A stretch of DNA of 64,000 nt from Ilumatobacteraceae bacterium (GTDB taxonomy: Bacteria > Actinomycetota > Acidimicrobiia > Acidimicrobiales > Ilumatobacteraceae). Under the pieces are notes generated by a model, which was not told where the DNA came from, ran no database searches, and saw only the letters and a list, made by a program, of their open reading frames with translations. Positions within the stretch are counted from its first letter, which is position 1, and each line of letters begins with the position of its first letter. The position numbers and the translations under genes are program-made. Where the stretch lies: the NCBI GenBank assembly GCA_040081465.1, contig JBEBGL010000007.1, forward strand, positions 35,976 through 99,975. Direction: 5' to 3'. Positions 26,472 through 36,550 of the stretch are shown in pieces.

Positions 26472-26954
26472 CTAGCTGCGCAGCTTCACCACTGTGTCGA
26501 TCTCGACGCTTGCGCCGCTTGGCAGCGCGGCTACGCCGATTGCTGAACGTGCTGGCAGGTGGTCGGCTCCGAAGATCGACAACAGCAACTCCGATGCGCC
26601 GTTCATCACTAGCGGCGGGTCTTTGAACTCGGGCTTGCAGCGAACGAAACCCATCAGCTTCACGAAGCGGTCGACGCGGTCGAGGCTGCCGCCCAGCGCG
26701 CCCTTCAGATTCGCGAGCGTGCACAACATCGCCAGCGCGGCTGACTTCTTGGCTTCTTCAACATCTAGTTCGTCACCCACCGAGCCTGCGTAGGCGAGCT
26801 TCCACGGCGGACCCTCCACAGCGACGATGCCAGACGTGTATGCGGTTAAGCCATCGAACGCGACACCAGGAAATAGAGCATGAGCCGGCAGTGGCGGCGG
26901 AATCACGATGCCTGCAGCTTCTACACGTTCGTCCCAACTCGGTTGCTTGGTCAT
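26472..26954 (-). CDS. RidA/YjgF family protein
   Basis: The C-terminal ARSAIGVAALPSGASVEIDTVV pattern is typical of RidA. The start is ATG 26954 or 26966. Confidence 0.8.
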   Translation of the reverse strand: MTKQPSWDERVEAAGIVIPPPLPAHALFPGVAFDGLTAYTSGIVAVEGPPWKLAYAGSVGDELDVEEAKKSAALAMLCTLANLKGALGGSLDRVDRFVKLMGFVRCKPEFKDPPLVMNGASELLLSIFGADHLPARSAIGVAALPSGASVEIDTVVKLRS

Positions 26955-26957
26955 GGA

Positions 26958-26973
26958 AATCAGCATACTCAAT
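26958..26973. promoter_or_regulatory. Operator-like quasi-palindrome, site 2 (AATCAGCATACTCAAT)
   Basis: It lies in the divergent region between the RidA and CMD-family genes. Confidence 0.35.
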
Positions 26974-26996
26974 TGCAATAGGGCTAATCTCAAGCG

Positions 26997-27578
26997 GTGA
27001 CGCGACTTGATCCGGTGCCGACCGATACCGACGACGCGATTCTGAGTCCGGTGTTCGACGTCTTTCGTAACGCCGATCGCGAGATACCGATGTTGTATCG
27101 GCTGCTCGGAAACTCGCCGGCGATGCTCGAAGCATGGGTTGGCTTGGCGTGGCCGCTGCGGTCGAAGCCGGTGACAAGTCGCGCGTTGCGCGAGTTGCTG
27201 ATCATGCAACTCGCCGTGCTTACTCGCGCCAGCTTCGAATGGTCGGCGCATTGGCCGGCAGCTGTGAAGGCCGGAGTGACTCCGGCTCAACTGGCGGCGC
27301 TCGGAAGTTGGTTGAACTCGGATCTGTTCGATGCGCCGACGAAAGCTGCGCTGCGCTGCGGCGCCGAGATGATCGCTAACGGTGGTGCTTCTGCCGAGGC
27401 AGTCACAGAGCTACGCACGCACTTCAGCGATGGCGAATGCATCGAGTTGATTCTCACGTCGGCGTTCTACTCGTGCGTGTCGCACGTGCTGCTGACAATC
27501 GGTATCGACGCCGACTCGGGCGGGCACGGCGAGGTTTCCGAAGAGTGCCTCGCGACTTACGCCGCGCTGACGGCGTAG
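26997..27578 (+). CDS. Carboxymuconolactone decarboxylase (AhpD-like) family protein
   Basis: NSPAMLEAW...LRELLIMQLAVLTRASFEWSAH helical CMD pattern. Confidence 0.75.
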   Translation: MTRLDPVPTDTDDAILSPVFDVFRNADREIPMLYRLLGNSPAMLEAWVGLAWPLRSKPVTSRALRELLIMQLAVLTRASFEWSAHWPAAVKAGVTPAQLAALGSWLNSDLFDAPTKAALRCGAEMIANGGASAEAVTELRTHFSDGECIELILTSAFYSCVSHVLLTIGIDADSGGHGEVSEECLATYAALTA

Positions 27579-27581
27579 TAG

Positions 27582-28025
27582 CTACTCGGATTTGATTAGC
27601 GCGTCGAATGCATCGACGACAGCCTGCGCGACCTTGACGTCGTCGTCGTAGTGACCGCCGCTCACGCCGACTGCTCCGACAGATTGGCCGTCCACTTTGA
27701 ACGGAATGCCACCGGGCACGAACATGCGCTCGGGATTGTTCGACAACGCCTTCCACAACACTTCGTCCTGCTTCAAACGCTTTTCGAGAAACATCTCGGT
27801 GGAGATGCCTAGACCGGCAGCGGCACTTGCCTTGGCCAACCCGCCTCGCCAGCCACGCGGGTTCACACCGACAGTCGACGCGACGGCCACGATTTCTCCG
27901 GTGCCGTCGGTAATCACGATCGCCGCGCCAGTCTTTAGCTCGGCGGCCTTCGCGAGCCCGGCGGTGATCACTTCGGTCGCGGTTGCGTACGTGATGTGAC
28001 TGCGGCTGACGATGTGCTTCGACAT
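27582..28025 (-). CDS. GlcG/HbpS-like heme-binding protein (DUF336)
   Basis: GAAIVITDGTGEIVAV...GGIPFKVDGQSVGAVGVSGG pattern. The start is set at MSKHIV. Confidence 0.75.
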   Translation of the reverse strand: MSKHIVSRSHITYATATEVITAGLAKAAELKTGAAIVITDGTGEIVAVASTVGVNPRGWRGGLAKASAAAGLGISTEMFLEKRLKQDEVLWKALSNNPERMFVPGGIPFKVDGQSVGAVGVSGGHYDDDVKVAQAVVDAFDALIKSE

Positions 28026-28051
28026 TGCTGAACCTCCAACGGTTTCGATTG

Positions 28052-29461
28052 TTATTCGATCACAACTGCGTGCCCGCCGCGGCGGGCGTCTGCTCCGGCA
28101 CTCAGCTGGCCATCGTGCCATCCGATCATTTGCGCGGCACCGAAACCCTCCGGCCCAGGATTCTTGTTCAGCGCGTCCGGGTACATCGCCGCCAGCGCGT
28201 GACCTGGCTCGAGGGCGAGGTCGCCACCGAAACAGATCTTGAAGCGCGGCATGTCGATCGCAGCTTGCGGCGCGTGATTCTCCAACAGCGTCCGCAAGGT
28301 GAGTTGCACCTGCGTTTGCGGCTGCATCACTCCGCCGGCGACACCCACGACGAAACGCAGTGTGCCGTCCGCCCTCGTGATCACTCCTGGAATCGTCGTG
28401 TGCGGTGGCTTGCCTGGCCCGAGCGGCTTCGTCACCAGACGGAAAGTCGTCGCCCGATTATGAATCGGGCCGCCCAGTGCCTTCACTCCCAGATGCGAAC
28501 CGAAGTCTCCGAACACCGATGTGATCAGCGACGCACCGCGACCTTCGTGATCGACGGCAGCGATGAATGTTGTGTCGCCTTTGGCCGGGCTGGGTGCACC
28601 GGTACTCACGTTGCGCGGATCGAAGCCCGCTTCGGCCATGCCCGCGTCGACGGCGTGATACACCGCATCCCAATCGATCTCGCTGTCGGCAGAAATGTCG
28701 CGTAGCGCGGCCAATACAGCCGGACCCTGCGTCGGCGATGGCATCTGCCACATGCGGTGCCCGGCGAAGTCGACGTAGTCGGGGATAACCGTCGTCGTGT
28801 GGTGCGCAGCCAGATCGGCGCGCGACATGTAACCGCCCCCCGCCTCAACGGCCTGCACGATCGCGTCAGCCAGTGCGCCGGTCAGGATTGCGGCTGAACC
28901 CTCTGCTGCGATCAGCGACAATGCGTCGGCGAGATCGGGGTTAGTGACGGTTGCGCCTTCAATGACCGCCTTGCCATCCGGCCAATACAGCGGTCCCAGC
29001 ACCGGTTCGTTCGCAAGTTCGGCGGTTGCTTTCCTCGCCGCGATCGCGAGAGTGCTGCGTACCTCGAATCCGTCGCGAGCGAATCGCACCGCTGGCGCAA
29101 GTGCGTCGCGCAGGCTGATCGTTCCGAACTGCTTCAGCGCCGACTCGAGCAGCGCAACAGCGCCGGGGGGCGTCGCTGTTTTCGCTCCTCGAGATGGCAC
29201 GTTGTCGAGGCCATCGGCCGCGAGTGCTTCGCGGGTCAGGCCTGCTGGCACTGCACCGGATCCGTCCAATCCGATCGGTGGCCCGGTGTGGTTGTGCACG
29301 AACATGAATCCGTCGCCGCCGATTCCGCACGACTGCGGCTCGACCACGTACAACACGAATGCCGCAGTGACCGCAGCATCGATCGCGTTGCCGCCAGCAC
29401 GGATGACGTCGGCCGCGGCCTTTGTTGCTCGTGGGTCGCTGGTGGCGACGGCGGCGGTCAC
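28052..29461 (-). CDS. Gamma-glutamyltransferase family protein
   Basis: GGNAIDAAV and the autoprocessing-site pattern GDTTFIAAVD. 469 aa. Confidence 0.85.
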   Translation of the reverse strand: MTAAVATSDPRATKAAADVIRAGGNAIDAAVTAAFVLYVVEPQSCGIGGDGFMFVHNHTGPPIGLDGSGAVPAGLTREALAADGLDNVPSRGAKTATPPGAVALLESALKQFGTISLRDALAPAVRFARDGFEVRSTLAIAARKATAELANEPVLGPLYWPDGKAVIEGATVTNPDLADALSLIAAEGSAAILTGALADAIVQAVEAGGGYMSRADLAAHHTTTVIPDYVDFAGHRMWQMPSPTQGPAVLAALRDISADSEIDWDAVYHAVDAGMAEAGFDPRNVSTGAPSPAKGDTTFIAAVDHEGRGASLITSVFGDFGSHLGVKALGGPIHNRATTFRLVTKPLGPGKPPHTTIPGVITRADGTLRFVVGVAGGVMQPQTQVQLTLRTLLENHAPQAAIDMPRFKICFGGDLALEPGHALAAMYPDALNKNPGPEGFGAAQMIGWHDGQLSAGADARRGGHAVVIE

Positions 29462-30615
29462 AGAATTCGCATGTACCTCTCGGCGTTGGTGGACATGATC
29501 TTCTTCATCGTGTCCTTACCGAGTGTGGGCTCCCACGCGAAGACGTGATCCGGCGAGTTCGGGAACTCGGCCTGATTGTGCGGGTAGTCGGACGAGTACA
29601 TCAGCACTCCGTCGCCGAGTAGATCCGTGACCGATTTCGCAATGCCGGCACCTTCGTACAACTCGATGCCACAGAAGATGCGTCCGTTCTGCGCGTACTC
29701 GGTGGGAGTCATCTTGCGATACGGCACCTTCTTCGACATGTACGAAGCCTGCCCCTCGAGTCGGTTTAGCCACGCGGGCAACCAACCGGCGCTGCACTCG
29801 GCGAAGCCGATACGCAGCTTCGGATACACGTCGAACAAACCCGACAGCGTGAGATACGCGAGCAAGCGCTGCGCGCCCCACGGATGCGCGGCCGCACGAG
29901 CAATGACGACGTTGCCCCAAATATCGCGGTAGCCCGGGAAGTACGGCGGCTCGTAGAAGAACGAGTGATGCAGCAACGGCAGGTCGTAGTCGCCGATGGC
30001 TGACCAGATCGGGTAAAGCGACGGATCGTCGATCGGTGTGCCCTCGGGAAGCACCACGCTGACAGCGGCAAGCCACTTCTTGTCGCCGTACTCCTTCACC
30101 ATGCGCACGGCTTCCTCCGGCGCGTTTGCGGGCAGCTGCAGTGATGCCTTCAAGCGATCTTGGTCGGCCGAGCAGTATTCGTCGATGTAGCGGTGGTACG
30201 CGTCGTACAGCTCGACGGCTAGCGGAACGTCGAACGTGGTGGCCGCGTTGCCGAACGTGCCGGGAATGATCAGGTTGACGTCGATGCCCTCGATGTCCAT
30301 GTCATCGAGCCGACCCTTCGAGTCGAGGTTCGAGCCTTCCGGCGCCGGCGGCTGCACGAAGGTCTTCGTGACCGCGCCACGCAGCGGCGAGTCGCCACCC
30401 TTCTGCGCCGCTTCGATGGTCTGTTCGGTGCCCAACTCTCGCCCGTACTTAAACGGCGCAACGCTGAGGAAGTGTCCGCCAAGCGTCACCGGTTGAAGAA
30501 ACGGATCGAACTCGGACCAGCGAGCTAAGAGCGCGTCGGACGCGTACAGCTTCAGCGTTTCCAGGTTCGGCCCAACGTGTGTATCGGTATCAATGATCTT
30601 GTAACCGTTCTTCAC
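29458..30615 (-). CDS. Amidohydrolase-2 family protein
   Basis: IIDTDTHVGP N-terminus and later SDYPHNQAEFP. The GTG 30615 start is preceded by an AGGAGA ribosome-binding site. Confidence 0.8.
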   Translation of the reverse strand: MKNGYKIIDTDTHVGPNLETLKLYASDALLARWSEFDPFLQPVTLGGHFLSVAPFKYGRELGTEQTIEAAQKGGDSPLRGAVTKTFVQPPAPEGSNLDSKGRLDDMDIEGIDVNLIIPGTFGNAATTFDVPLAVELYDAYHRYIDEYCSADQDRLKASLQLPANAPEEAVRMVKEYGDKKWLAAVSVVLPEGTPIDDPSLYPIWSAIGDYDLPLLHHSFFYEPPYFPGYRDIWGNVVIARAAAHPWGAQRLLAYLTLSGLFDVYPKLRIGFAECSAGWLPAWLNRLEGQASYMSKKVPYRKMTPTEYAQNGRIFCGIELYEGAGIAKSVTDLLGDGVLMYSSDYPHNQAEFPNSPDHVFAWEPTLGKDTMKKIMSTNAERYMRIL

Positions 30616-30632
30616 ACGGTCTCCTCTCACCT

Positions 30633-30648
30633 ATTCGGTATACTCAAT
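30633..30648. promoter_or_regulatory. Operator-like quasi-palindrome, site 3 (ATTCGGTATACTCAAT)
   Basis: It lies about 18 nt upstream of the amidohydrolase start at 30615 (minus strand). Confidence 0.4.
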
Positions 30649-30677
30649 GCTACGACAAGGCATGATCTCCTGCCAAG

Positions 30678-31304
30678 TTAAGCAGGCCTAATAAAGATTG
30701 CCTCGGCCGTCGCACACGCTTCACCGTTCACCACTATCTCTCCGGTGACTATTACCTTGCGTCCCTCGGTCGATTCAACGCGAGCGGCAAGATCGAGATC
30801 GGTCGCGATCGGAGTCGGCCGCAAGTAACGAACCGTCAGCGTCCCCGTGAAGCCGCCGACTCCGGCGACGACGCCCGCCATCCCCAACAACTCGTCCAAG
30901 ATCGCGGCGACGAATCCGCCGTGCACGGCAGCCGGGGGTCCATTCATCGACGTCGGGATGCGGCCGTTACCGCGCACGGTTGCTCCGTCGCGCCACATGT
31001 TGATCGGCGGCGCGATGGGGTTCAACCGACCGGTGATTGGGCTGTAAGGAAAGATGTCGAGCACCTCACCGTCGGCGACGCTGCCGAATCTTTCGACACC
31101 GACGCGTGCGACCTCGTGGCGCAGGCCGATTTGCGTCGGTATCGCCTCGACAGCGAAGGGCGTTAGTTGGTCGACGTGAGCTTGCAGCTGAGCTGCGATC
31201 TGGGCGAGGTCGACGCCGGCAGCTTCGGCCTGTTCGAGATCGGCAGTACGCACCGTCTCGATCAACGCGCGCAACTGTGCGGCGAGTTGCGTGCTCGAGT
31301 CCAT
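30678..31304 (-). CDS. PaaI/hotdog-fold thioesterase family protein
   Basis: AVHGGFVAAILDELLG motif. The start is set at MDSSTQL. Confidence 0.7.
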   Translation of the reverse strand: MDSSTQLAAQLRALIETVRTADLEQAEAAGVDLAQIAAQLQAHVDQLTPFAVEAIPTQIGLRHEVARVGVERFGSVADGEVLDIFPYSPITGRLNPIAPPINMWRDGATVRGNGRIPTSMNGPPAAVHGGFVAAILDELLGMAGVVAGVGGFTGTLTVRYLRPTPIATDLDLAARVESTEGRKVIVTGEIVVNGEACATAEAIFIRPA

Positions 31305-31336
31305 CGCACCGCACTCTAATTGGTATCCTGATTTCT

Positions 31337-31765
31337 GTGACGAACACCGCTGCAACGACCCAAGTTCCGTTCGTCGGCTATCTCGAATTGAACGCGGGAG
31401 ATCCACATCTCGTCGCCCACGAGTGTCGGAAGTGTCACGCTCGTTTCTTCGATCGCCGGAATCTGTGTGCCAGTTGTTCAGGCGCCGACTTCGATCTCGT
31501 TCGCGTGGCGACGCGCGGCACGCTGCGTTCGTTCAGCATCGTTGCGTTCGCCGGCCCTGGTGTTGAGGTGCCCTTCGTTGCTGCACTGGTCGATTGCGAT
31601 GGCACGACGGTGCGCGGCAACCTGATCAATTGCGAACCGACGCCAGACGCTGTCCACCTCGGAATGCCTGTGCGGCTCGCTACCTACTCGCTTGGTACTG
31701 ACTCGAACGGTGTCGAAGCGATCAACTACGGATTCGAACCCGATCTCGGTGAGGAGAAGCGATGA
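31337..31765 (+). CDS. DUF35 OB-fold / zinc-ribbon protein (thiolase partner)
   Basis: CRKCHARFFDRRNLCASCSG zinc ribbon followed by an OB-fold-like region. Its stop overlaps the thiolase start. Confidence 0.75.
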   Translation: MTNTAATTQVPFVGYLELNAGDPHLVAHECRKCHARFFDRRNLCASCSGADFDLVRVATRGTLRSFSIVAFAGPGVEVPFVAALVDCDGTTVRGNLINCEPTPDAVHLGMPVRLATYSLGTDSNGVEAINYGFEPDLGEEKR

Positions 31766-32970
31766 GTGCCAGCGAAGAAATTTGGGTGCTTGGCATCAAC
31801 ATGACCAAGTTCGGCAAGCATCCCGACCTCGACGCCGTCGACCTTGCTTCGAACGCGGCGATTGCAGCGCTTGCCGACGGCGGAGTCACGATGGCCGACA
31901 TCGGCGTAGTCGCTGCCGGCAACTTGCTAGGTAATGGTGCCGCGTCGGGGCAGAACATTCTTAAGCAGATCGGGCAGACCGGCGTTCCGATCTACAACGT
32001 GTCGAACGCGTGCGCAACCGGGGCCACCGCGCTGCGCACGGTCGTGATGGCGATTCGCGCCGGCGAAACCGACATGGGTCTTGCGATCGGTGTTGAGAAG
32101 TTGTCCGGTGTGGGGCTGCTCGGACCGGCAGCGTCGGGTAACAAGGACGCGCCGTGGGAACCAAAGGGCCGTTACGACGCGGTTGGTGGCATTGACGGTC
32201 GACTCGGCACACAAGCAATGCCGGGCGTGTTCGCGCAAGTCGGCATGGAGTACTTGCACACGTACGGACAGACCGACGTCAGTGTGTTCGCGAAGATCAG
32301 TGAGAAGAACCATTCGCACTCGACGTTGAATCCCCTTGCCGCCTATAGCAAGGCGATGACGTACGACCAGATCGTCAACGACGTGATGATCTCGTACCCG
32401 AACACGCGGGCGATGTGTTCCGCGAACTGCGATGGAGCGGCAGCAGCGGTGTTAGTCAGCGGCAGCAAGCTGAAGACGATGTCGCTCGAGCAGCGCCGAC
32501 GTGCAGTGAAGATTTCGGCTTCGGTGCTGACAAGCGATCCGTATCAGGAGGCGTGTCAGGTGTTGCCCGACGTGAACACGCTGACTCGCAACGCGGCGAA
32601 GATTGCGTACGAGCAAGCCGGTGTTGGCCCACAAGACCTCGACCTAGTCGAACTGCACGACTGCTTCGCCACCGCGGAACTGGTGCACTACGACAACTTG
32701 ATGCTGTGCGCCGAAGGCGATGCCGTTGCCTTCTTCGAGTCGGGTGCGCCTTGGCGCGACGGTTCGACACCGGTCAACGTTTCGGGCGGACTGCAGTCGA
32801 AGGGGCATCCGATCTCGGCCACGGGTATCGCCAACGTGTGGGAAATCTGCCATCACCTGCGCGGCGAGGCCGGCGATCGCCAGATCGAAGGCGCCAAGGT
32901 CGGCTTGGCTCACGTGATTGGTCTCGGATCGGCGTGTGGGGTACACGTCCTCGAGAAGTCATCCGTGTAG
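31762..32970 (+). CDS. Thiolase-like protein (SCP-x/lipid-transfer-protein type)
   Basis: NVSNACATGATAL active-site Cys region and C-terminal GLGSACGVHVLE. Confidence 0.85.
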   Translation: MSASEEIWVLGINMTKFGKHPDLDAVDLASNAAIAALADGGVTMADIGVVAAGNLLGNGAASGQNILKQIGQTGVPIYNVSNACATGATALRTVVMAIRAGETDMGLAIGVEKLSGVGLLGPAASGNKDAPWEPKGRYDAVGGIDGRLGTQAMPGVFAQVGMEYLHTYGQTDVSVFAKISEKNHSHSTLNPLAAYSKAMTYDQIVNDVMISYPNTRAMCSANCDGAAAAVLVSGSKLKTMSLEQRRRAVKISASVLTSDPYQEACQVLPDVNTLTRNAAKIAYEQAGVGPQDLDLVELHDCFATAELVHYDNLMLCAEGDAVAFFESGAPWRDGSTPVNVSGGLQSKGHPISATGIANVWEICHHLRGEAGDRQIEGAKVGLAHVIGLGSACGVHVLEKSSV

Positions 32971-35108
32971 TGCAAAAGAAGGCAGACCTGCAGGTCGACG
33001 AACAACTTGTCGACTTTGTGGAGAATGAAGTCCTCCCGGCGATAGGCCTCGAGCCGTTACGGTTCTGGTCGGGCCTTAGCGGTTTGATTGCTGCGATGTC
33101 GGCGCGCAACCGGGAGTTGCTCGCCGAGCGAGACTCGCTGCAATCGTCGATCGATTCGTGGCACCGAGCCCAAGTCGGCCGTCCGCACGATGCAGATGCC
33201 TACCGGGCGTTCCTTTCGGAGATTGGTTACCTCCACACGGATGGCGAGCCGTTCAGCATCGAAACCACGAATGTCGATCCCGAGATCTCGATGATCGCCG
33301 GTCCACAGTTGGTGGTACCTGTCACCAACGCGCGCTACGCGTTGAACGCAGCCAACGCCCGTTGGGGTTCGCTCTACGACGCGGTTTACGGAACCGATGT
33401 GCTGGGTGTCTCGCCATCCGCCGGACCCTACGACCGCGTGCGCGGCGACCGGGTCATCGCATGGGTGCGCCGCTTCCTTGACGACGTCGTGCCGTTGCAA
33501 GGCGCGTCGCACGTTGACATCACGAGTTACACCGTCGATGGTTCGCGACTGGTCGCGCACCTTGACGATCATCCGCACGAGTTGCGCGATGACTCCGCGT
33601 TCGTTGGACATCGGGGAGCTGCCGACGACCCATCCGCGATCGTGCTCGTTCATCACGGTTTGCACATCGAGCTGATCATTGACCGCACAACCGAGGTTGG
33701 CGCGGCCGACCGCGCTGGAGTGTCCGACGTGTTGCTCGAATCAGCCGTCACCACGATCATCGACTTCGAGGACTCCGTCGCCACGGTCAGCGTTGCGGAG
33801 AAGGTCGATGCGTATCGCAACTGGCTCGGGCTGATGGCCGGATCGCTGACAGCGTCGGTCGCTAAGGACGGTTCGTCTTTCGTCCGCCGCCTGAACTCAG
33901 ACCGGACTGCGATCGGTGCCGACGGATCTACTGCGCAGCTGCGCGGCCGATCGCTTCTGCTCTGTCGCAACGTCGGTTTGCACATGCAGACGGATGCCGT
34001 TCGTGACAGCGACGGCAATCCGATCTTCGAGGGCTTGCTCGACGCGATGCTGACCGTGGCGATTGCAATGGTCGACCTTTGCCGAGCGTCGACGGACGCG
34101 AACTCGCCAGCGAGGTCGATCTACGTGGTCAAGCCGAAACTACATGGCCCCGACGAAGTGTCGTTCGCTGTCGAAACGTTCGCTCAGGTTGAGGCCACGC
34201 TCGGCTTGCCTGCGGACACCGTCAAGATCGGCATCATGGACGAAGAACGGCGCACCACCGTCAACCTGATGGAGTGCATCCGCCGAGCCTCGTCGCGAGT
34301 TGTCCTTATCAACACCGGCTTCCTCGATCGAACTGGAGACGAGATCCACACTGCGATGGAAGCTGGCCCCATGGTGCCTAAGCCCGACATGAAGAATGCG
34401 GTCTGGATCAAGGCGTACGAGAACCGCAACGTCGACGTCGGTCTTGCGTGCGGCTTCCCCGGTCGAGCCCAGATTGGTAAAGGGATGTGGGCTGCCCCCG
34501 ACCTGATGGCCGACATGCTCACGCAGAAGATTGCTCACCTCGAAGCTGGCGCCAATTGTGCGTGGGTGCCTTCACCTACAGCCGCGACGTTGCACGCAAC
34601 GCACTATCACCGCGTCGATGTGTTCGCGCGGCAGGACCAGTTACGTTCGCGGCCGATGGCGTCGCTCGACGATGTGCTGAAGTTGCCGTTGATGACTGGG
34701 GCGCCCGCCGATCGCGAGCGCGAGGTCGACAACAACGTCCAGAGCATTCTCGGCTACGTGGTGCGTTGGGTCGATCAAGGCGTGGGCTGCTCGAAGGTTC
34801 CCGACATCAACAATGTGGCGTTGATGGAGGATCGTGCAACCTGCCGTATCTCGTCGCAGCATGTCGCCAACTGGCTGCGCCACGGTGTTGTGACGCGTGC
34901 ACAGGTGGAAACGTCGCTGTGCCGAATGGCCGAGGTTGTCGATCGTCAGAACGCGGGTGATCCGCGATATCGCGCGATGGCACCGAGGTTCGACGGTGTC
35001 GCGTTTCGCGCTGCAAGCAGCCTGATCTTCGACGGCTGCAGTCAGCCGAACGGCTACATCGAACCGATCCTGATCGCTCATCGGCGAGAGCAGCTCCAAT
35101 GCACTTAG
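32970..35108 (+). CDS. glcB: Malate synthase G
   Basis: About 712 aa from GTG 32970 (VQKKADLQVDEQLVDFVENEVLP). It has the typical MSG N-terminus and internal IGIMDEERRTTVNL and WVPSPTAATLHA motifs. Confidence 0.9.
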   Translation: MQKKADLQVDEQLVDFVENEVLPAIGLEPLRFWSGLSGLIAAMSARNRELLAERDSLQSSIDSWHRAQVGRPHDADAYRAFLSEIGYLHTDGEPFSIETTNVDPEISMIAGPQLVVPVTNARYALNAANARWGSLYDAVYGTDVLGVSPSAGPYDRVRGDRVIAWVRRFLDDVVPLQGASHVDITSYTVDGSRLVAHLDDHPHELRDDSAFVGHRGAADDPSAIVLVHHGLHIELIIDRTTEVGAADRAGVSDVLLESAVTTIIDFEDSVATVSVAEKVDAYRNWLGLMAGSLTASVAKDGSSFVRRLNSDRTAIGADGSTAQLRGRSLLLCRNVGLHMQTDAVRDSDGNPIFEGLLDAMLTVAIAMVDLCRASTDANSPARSIYVVKPKLHGPDEVSFAVETFAQVEATLGLPADTVKIGIMDEERRTTVNLMECIRRASSRVVLINTGFLDRTGDEIHTAMEAGPMVPKPDMKNAVWIKAYENRNVDVGLACGFPGRAQIGKGMWAAPDLMADMLTQKIAHLEAGANCAWVPSPTAATLHATHYHRVDVFARQDQLRSRPMASLDDVLKLPLMTGAPADREREVDNNVQSILGYVVRWVDQGVGCSKVPDINNVALMEDRATCRISSQHVANWLRHGVVTRAQVETSLCRMAEVVDRQNAGDPRYRAMAPRFDGVAFRAASSLIFDGCSQPNGYIEPILIAHRREQLQCT

Positions 35109-36550
35109 CGTCGCTAGTCGACATGGTCGAATCAGGTTTCGACGACCGCGTCCTGCTGGGAAGTGGCGATGCCGCAGTGACCGGTCGGGGAGTCGGGTCG
35201 CTGGTTCGTCGGGGAGCATCAACGCTGCGCGGAGTCGAAGCCGTGGTGTACGCAGGGGAGAACCATCCGCTGCTGCCCGTCGCGCTACTCGCGTCGGCTT
35301 GCGCAGGAGTGCCTTTCGTGCCGGTCAACTATCGGCTCGAGGACGCACAGCTCAATGGCCTGATCGCGCGCTATCCGACGGCGTTGGTGTTGGCCGACGA
35401 CCGGACCGTTGCGCGCATCACGGCTGGCGGCAAGGTCGTCAGGTTCGACGATTGGCTGGCAACCCTTCCGGAAGATGCGCCCGAGGCGGAGGTGCCCTCG
35501 GACGACGACTCGGTCGCGGTTGTGTTGTTCACGAGTGGCACAACGTCCGAACCAAAGGCCGCCCTTTTGCGCCACCGACACTTGATGGCGTACCTGCTCG
35601 GTTCGGTCGAGTTCGGCAGCGCTGGTGAGGACGAAGCGATGCTCGTCGCTGTTCCGCCGTACCACGTCGCCGGCGTTGCGAACATGTTGTCGAATCTGTT
35701 TGCCGGTCGTCGACTTGTATATTTGCGCGCGTTCGAGCCACAGGTCTGGCTCGACACCATTCGTGGCGAACGTGTCACCAACGCGATGGTTGTGCCAACA
35801 ATGCTTTCGCGAATCGTCGACGTGCTTCATGGTGAGGAAGCGAACGTACCCAGCCTTCGCACGCTCTCGTACGGCGGCGCCAGGGTTTCGGAACGAGTCA
35901 TCACCGAAGCGCTACGAGCGTTTCCCGACACGGGCTTCGTTAATGCATACGGACTAACGGAAACCGCGTCGACGATTGCAGTGCTTGGGCCGGAGGATCA
36001 CCGCGCGGCTGTCGAGTCCAATGATCCGGAGATCAGTCGCCGGCTGTCATCGGCCGGGCAAGTTCTGCCCACGGTCGAGTTCGAGATCCGCGACGAAGTG
36101 ATCTTCGTTCGAGGGGAACAGATCGCTGGTGAGTACGCAACTGGCAGCCTGCTTGATGCGGACGGGTGGTTCTGTACGAATGATCGCGGGTGGGTCGACT
36201 CCGGTGGTTACTTGTTCATCGACGGACGCATCGATGACACGATCATTCGCGGTGGCGAGAACATCGCGCCGGCCGAGATCGAGACGGTTTTGCTTGCTCA
36301 CGAAGCGGTCGCCGACGCATGTGTGGTGGGAGTGCCCGACGACGAATGGGGCCAGCGAATTGTCGCAGTAGTCGTCTTGCGCGAGGGCGAAACAGTCGCA
36401 GCCGATGAACTTCGCGAGAGTGTTCGCGCCGAACTGCGCGGTTCGAAGACGCCAGAGCAGATTGTGTTCCGCAGCGAACTGCCACACACCGAAACAGGCA
36501 AGGTGCTGCGCCGTATCGTGTTGCAGCAACTCAATGAGGAGAACAACTAG
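35099..36550 (+). CDS. AMP-dependent acyl-CoA synthetase/ligase
   Basis: AMP-binding motif FTSGTTSEPKAA, YGLTE, and C-terminal GKVLRR. Confidence 0.85.
   Translation: MHLASLVDMVESGFDDRVLLGSGDAAVTGRGVGSLVRRGASTLRGVEAVVYAGENHPLLPVALLASACAGVPFVPVNYRLEDAQLNGLIARYPTALVLADDRTVARITAGGKVVRFDDWLATLPEDAPEAEVPSDDDSVAVVLFTSGTTSEPKAALLRHRHLMAYLLGSVEFGSAGEDEAMLVAVPPYHVAGVANMLSNLFAGRRLVYLRAFEPQVWLDTIRGERVTNAMVVPTMLSRIVDVLHGEEANVPSLRTLSYGGARVSERVITEALRAFPDTGFVNAYGLTETASTIAVLGPEDHRAAVESNDPEISRRLSSAGQVLPTVEFEIRDEVIFVRGEQIAGEYATGSLLDADGWFCTNDRGWVDSGGYLFIDGRIDDTIIRGGENIAPAEIETVLLAHEAVADACVVGVPDDEWGQRIVAVVVLREGETVAADELRESVRAELRGSKTPEQIVFRSELPHTETGKVLRRIVLQQLNEENN

Noticed and set aside
32415-32969. 5' extension of the malate synthase ORF
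   Set aside because: It overlaps the 3' third of the thiolase gene out of frame. The canonical malate synthase G N-terminus begins at GTG 32970.
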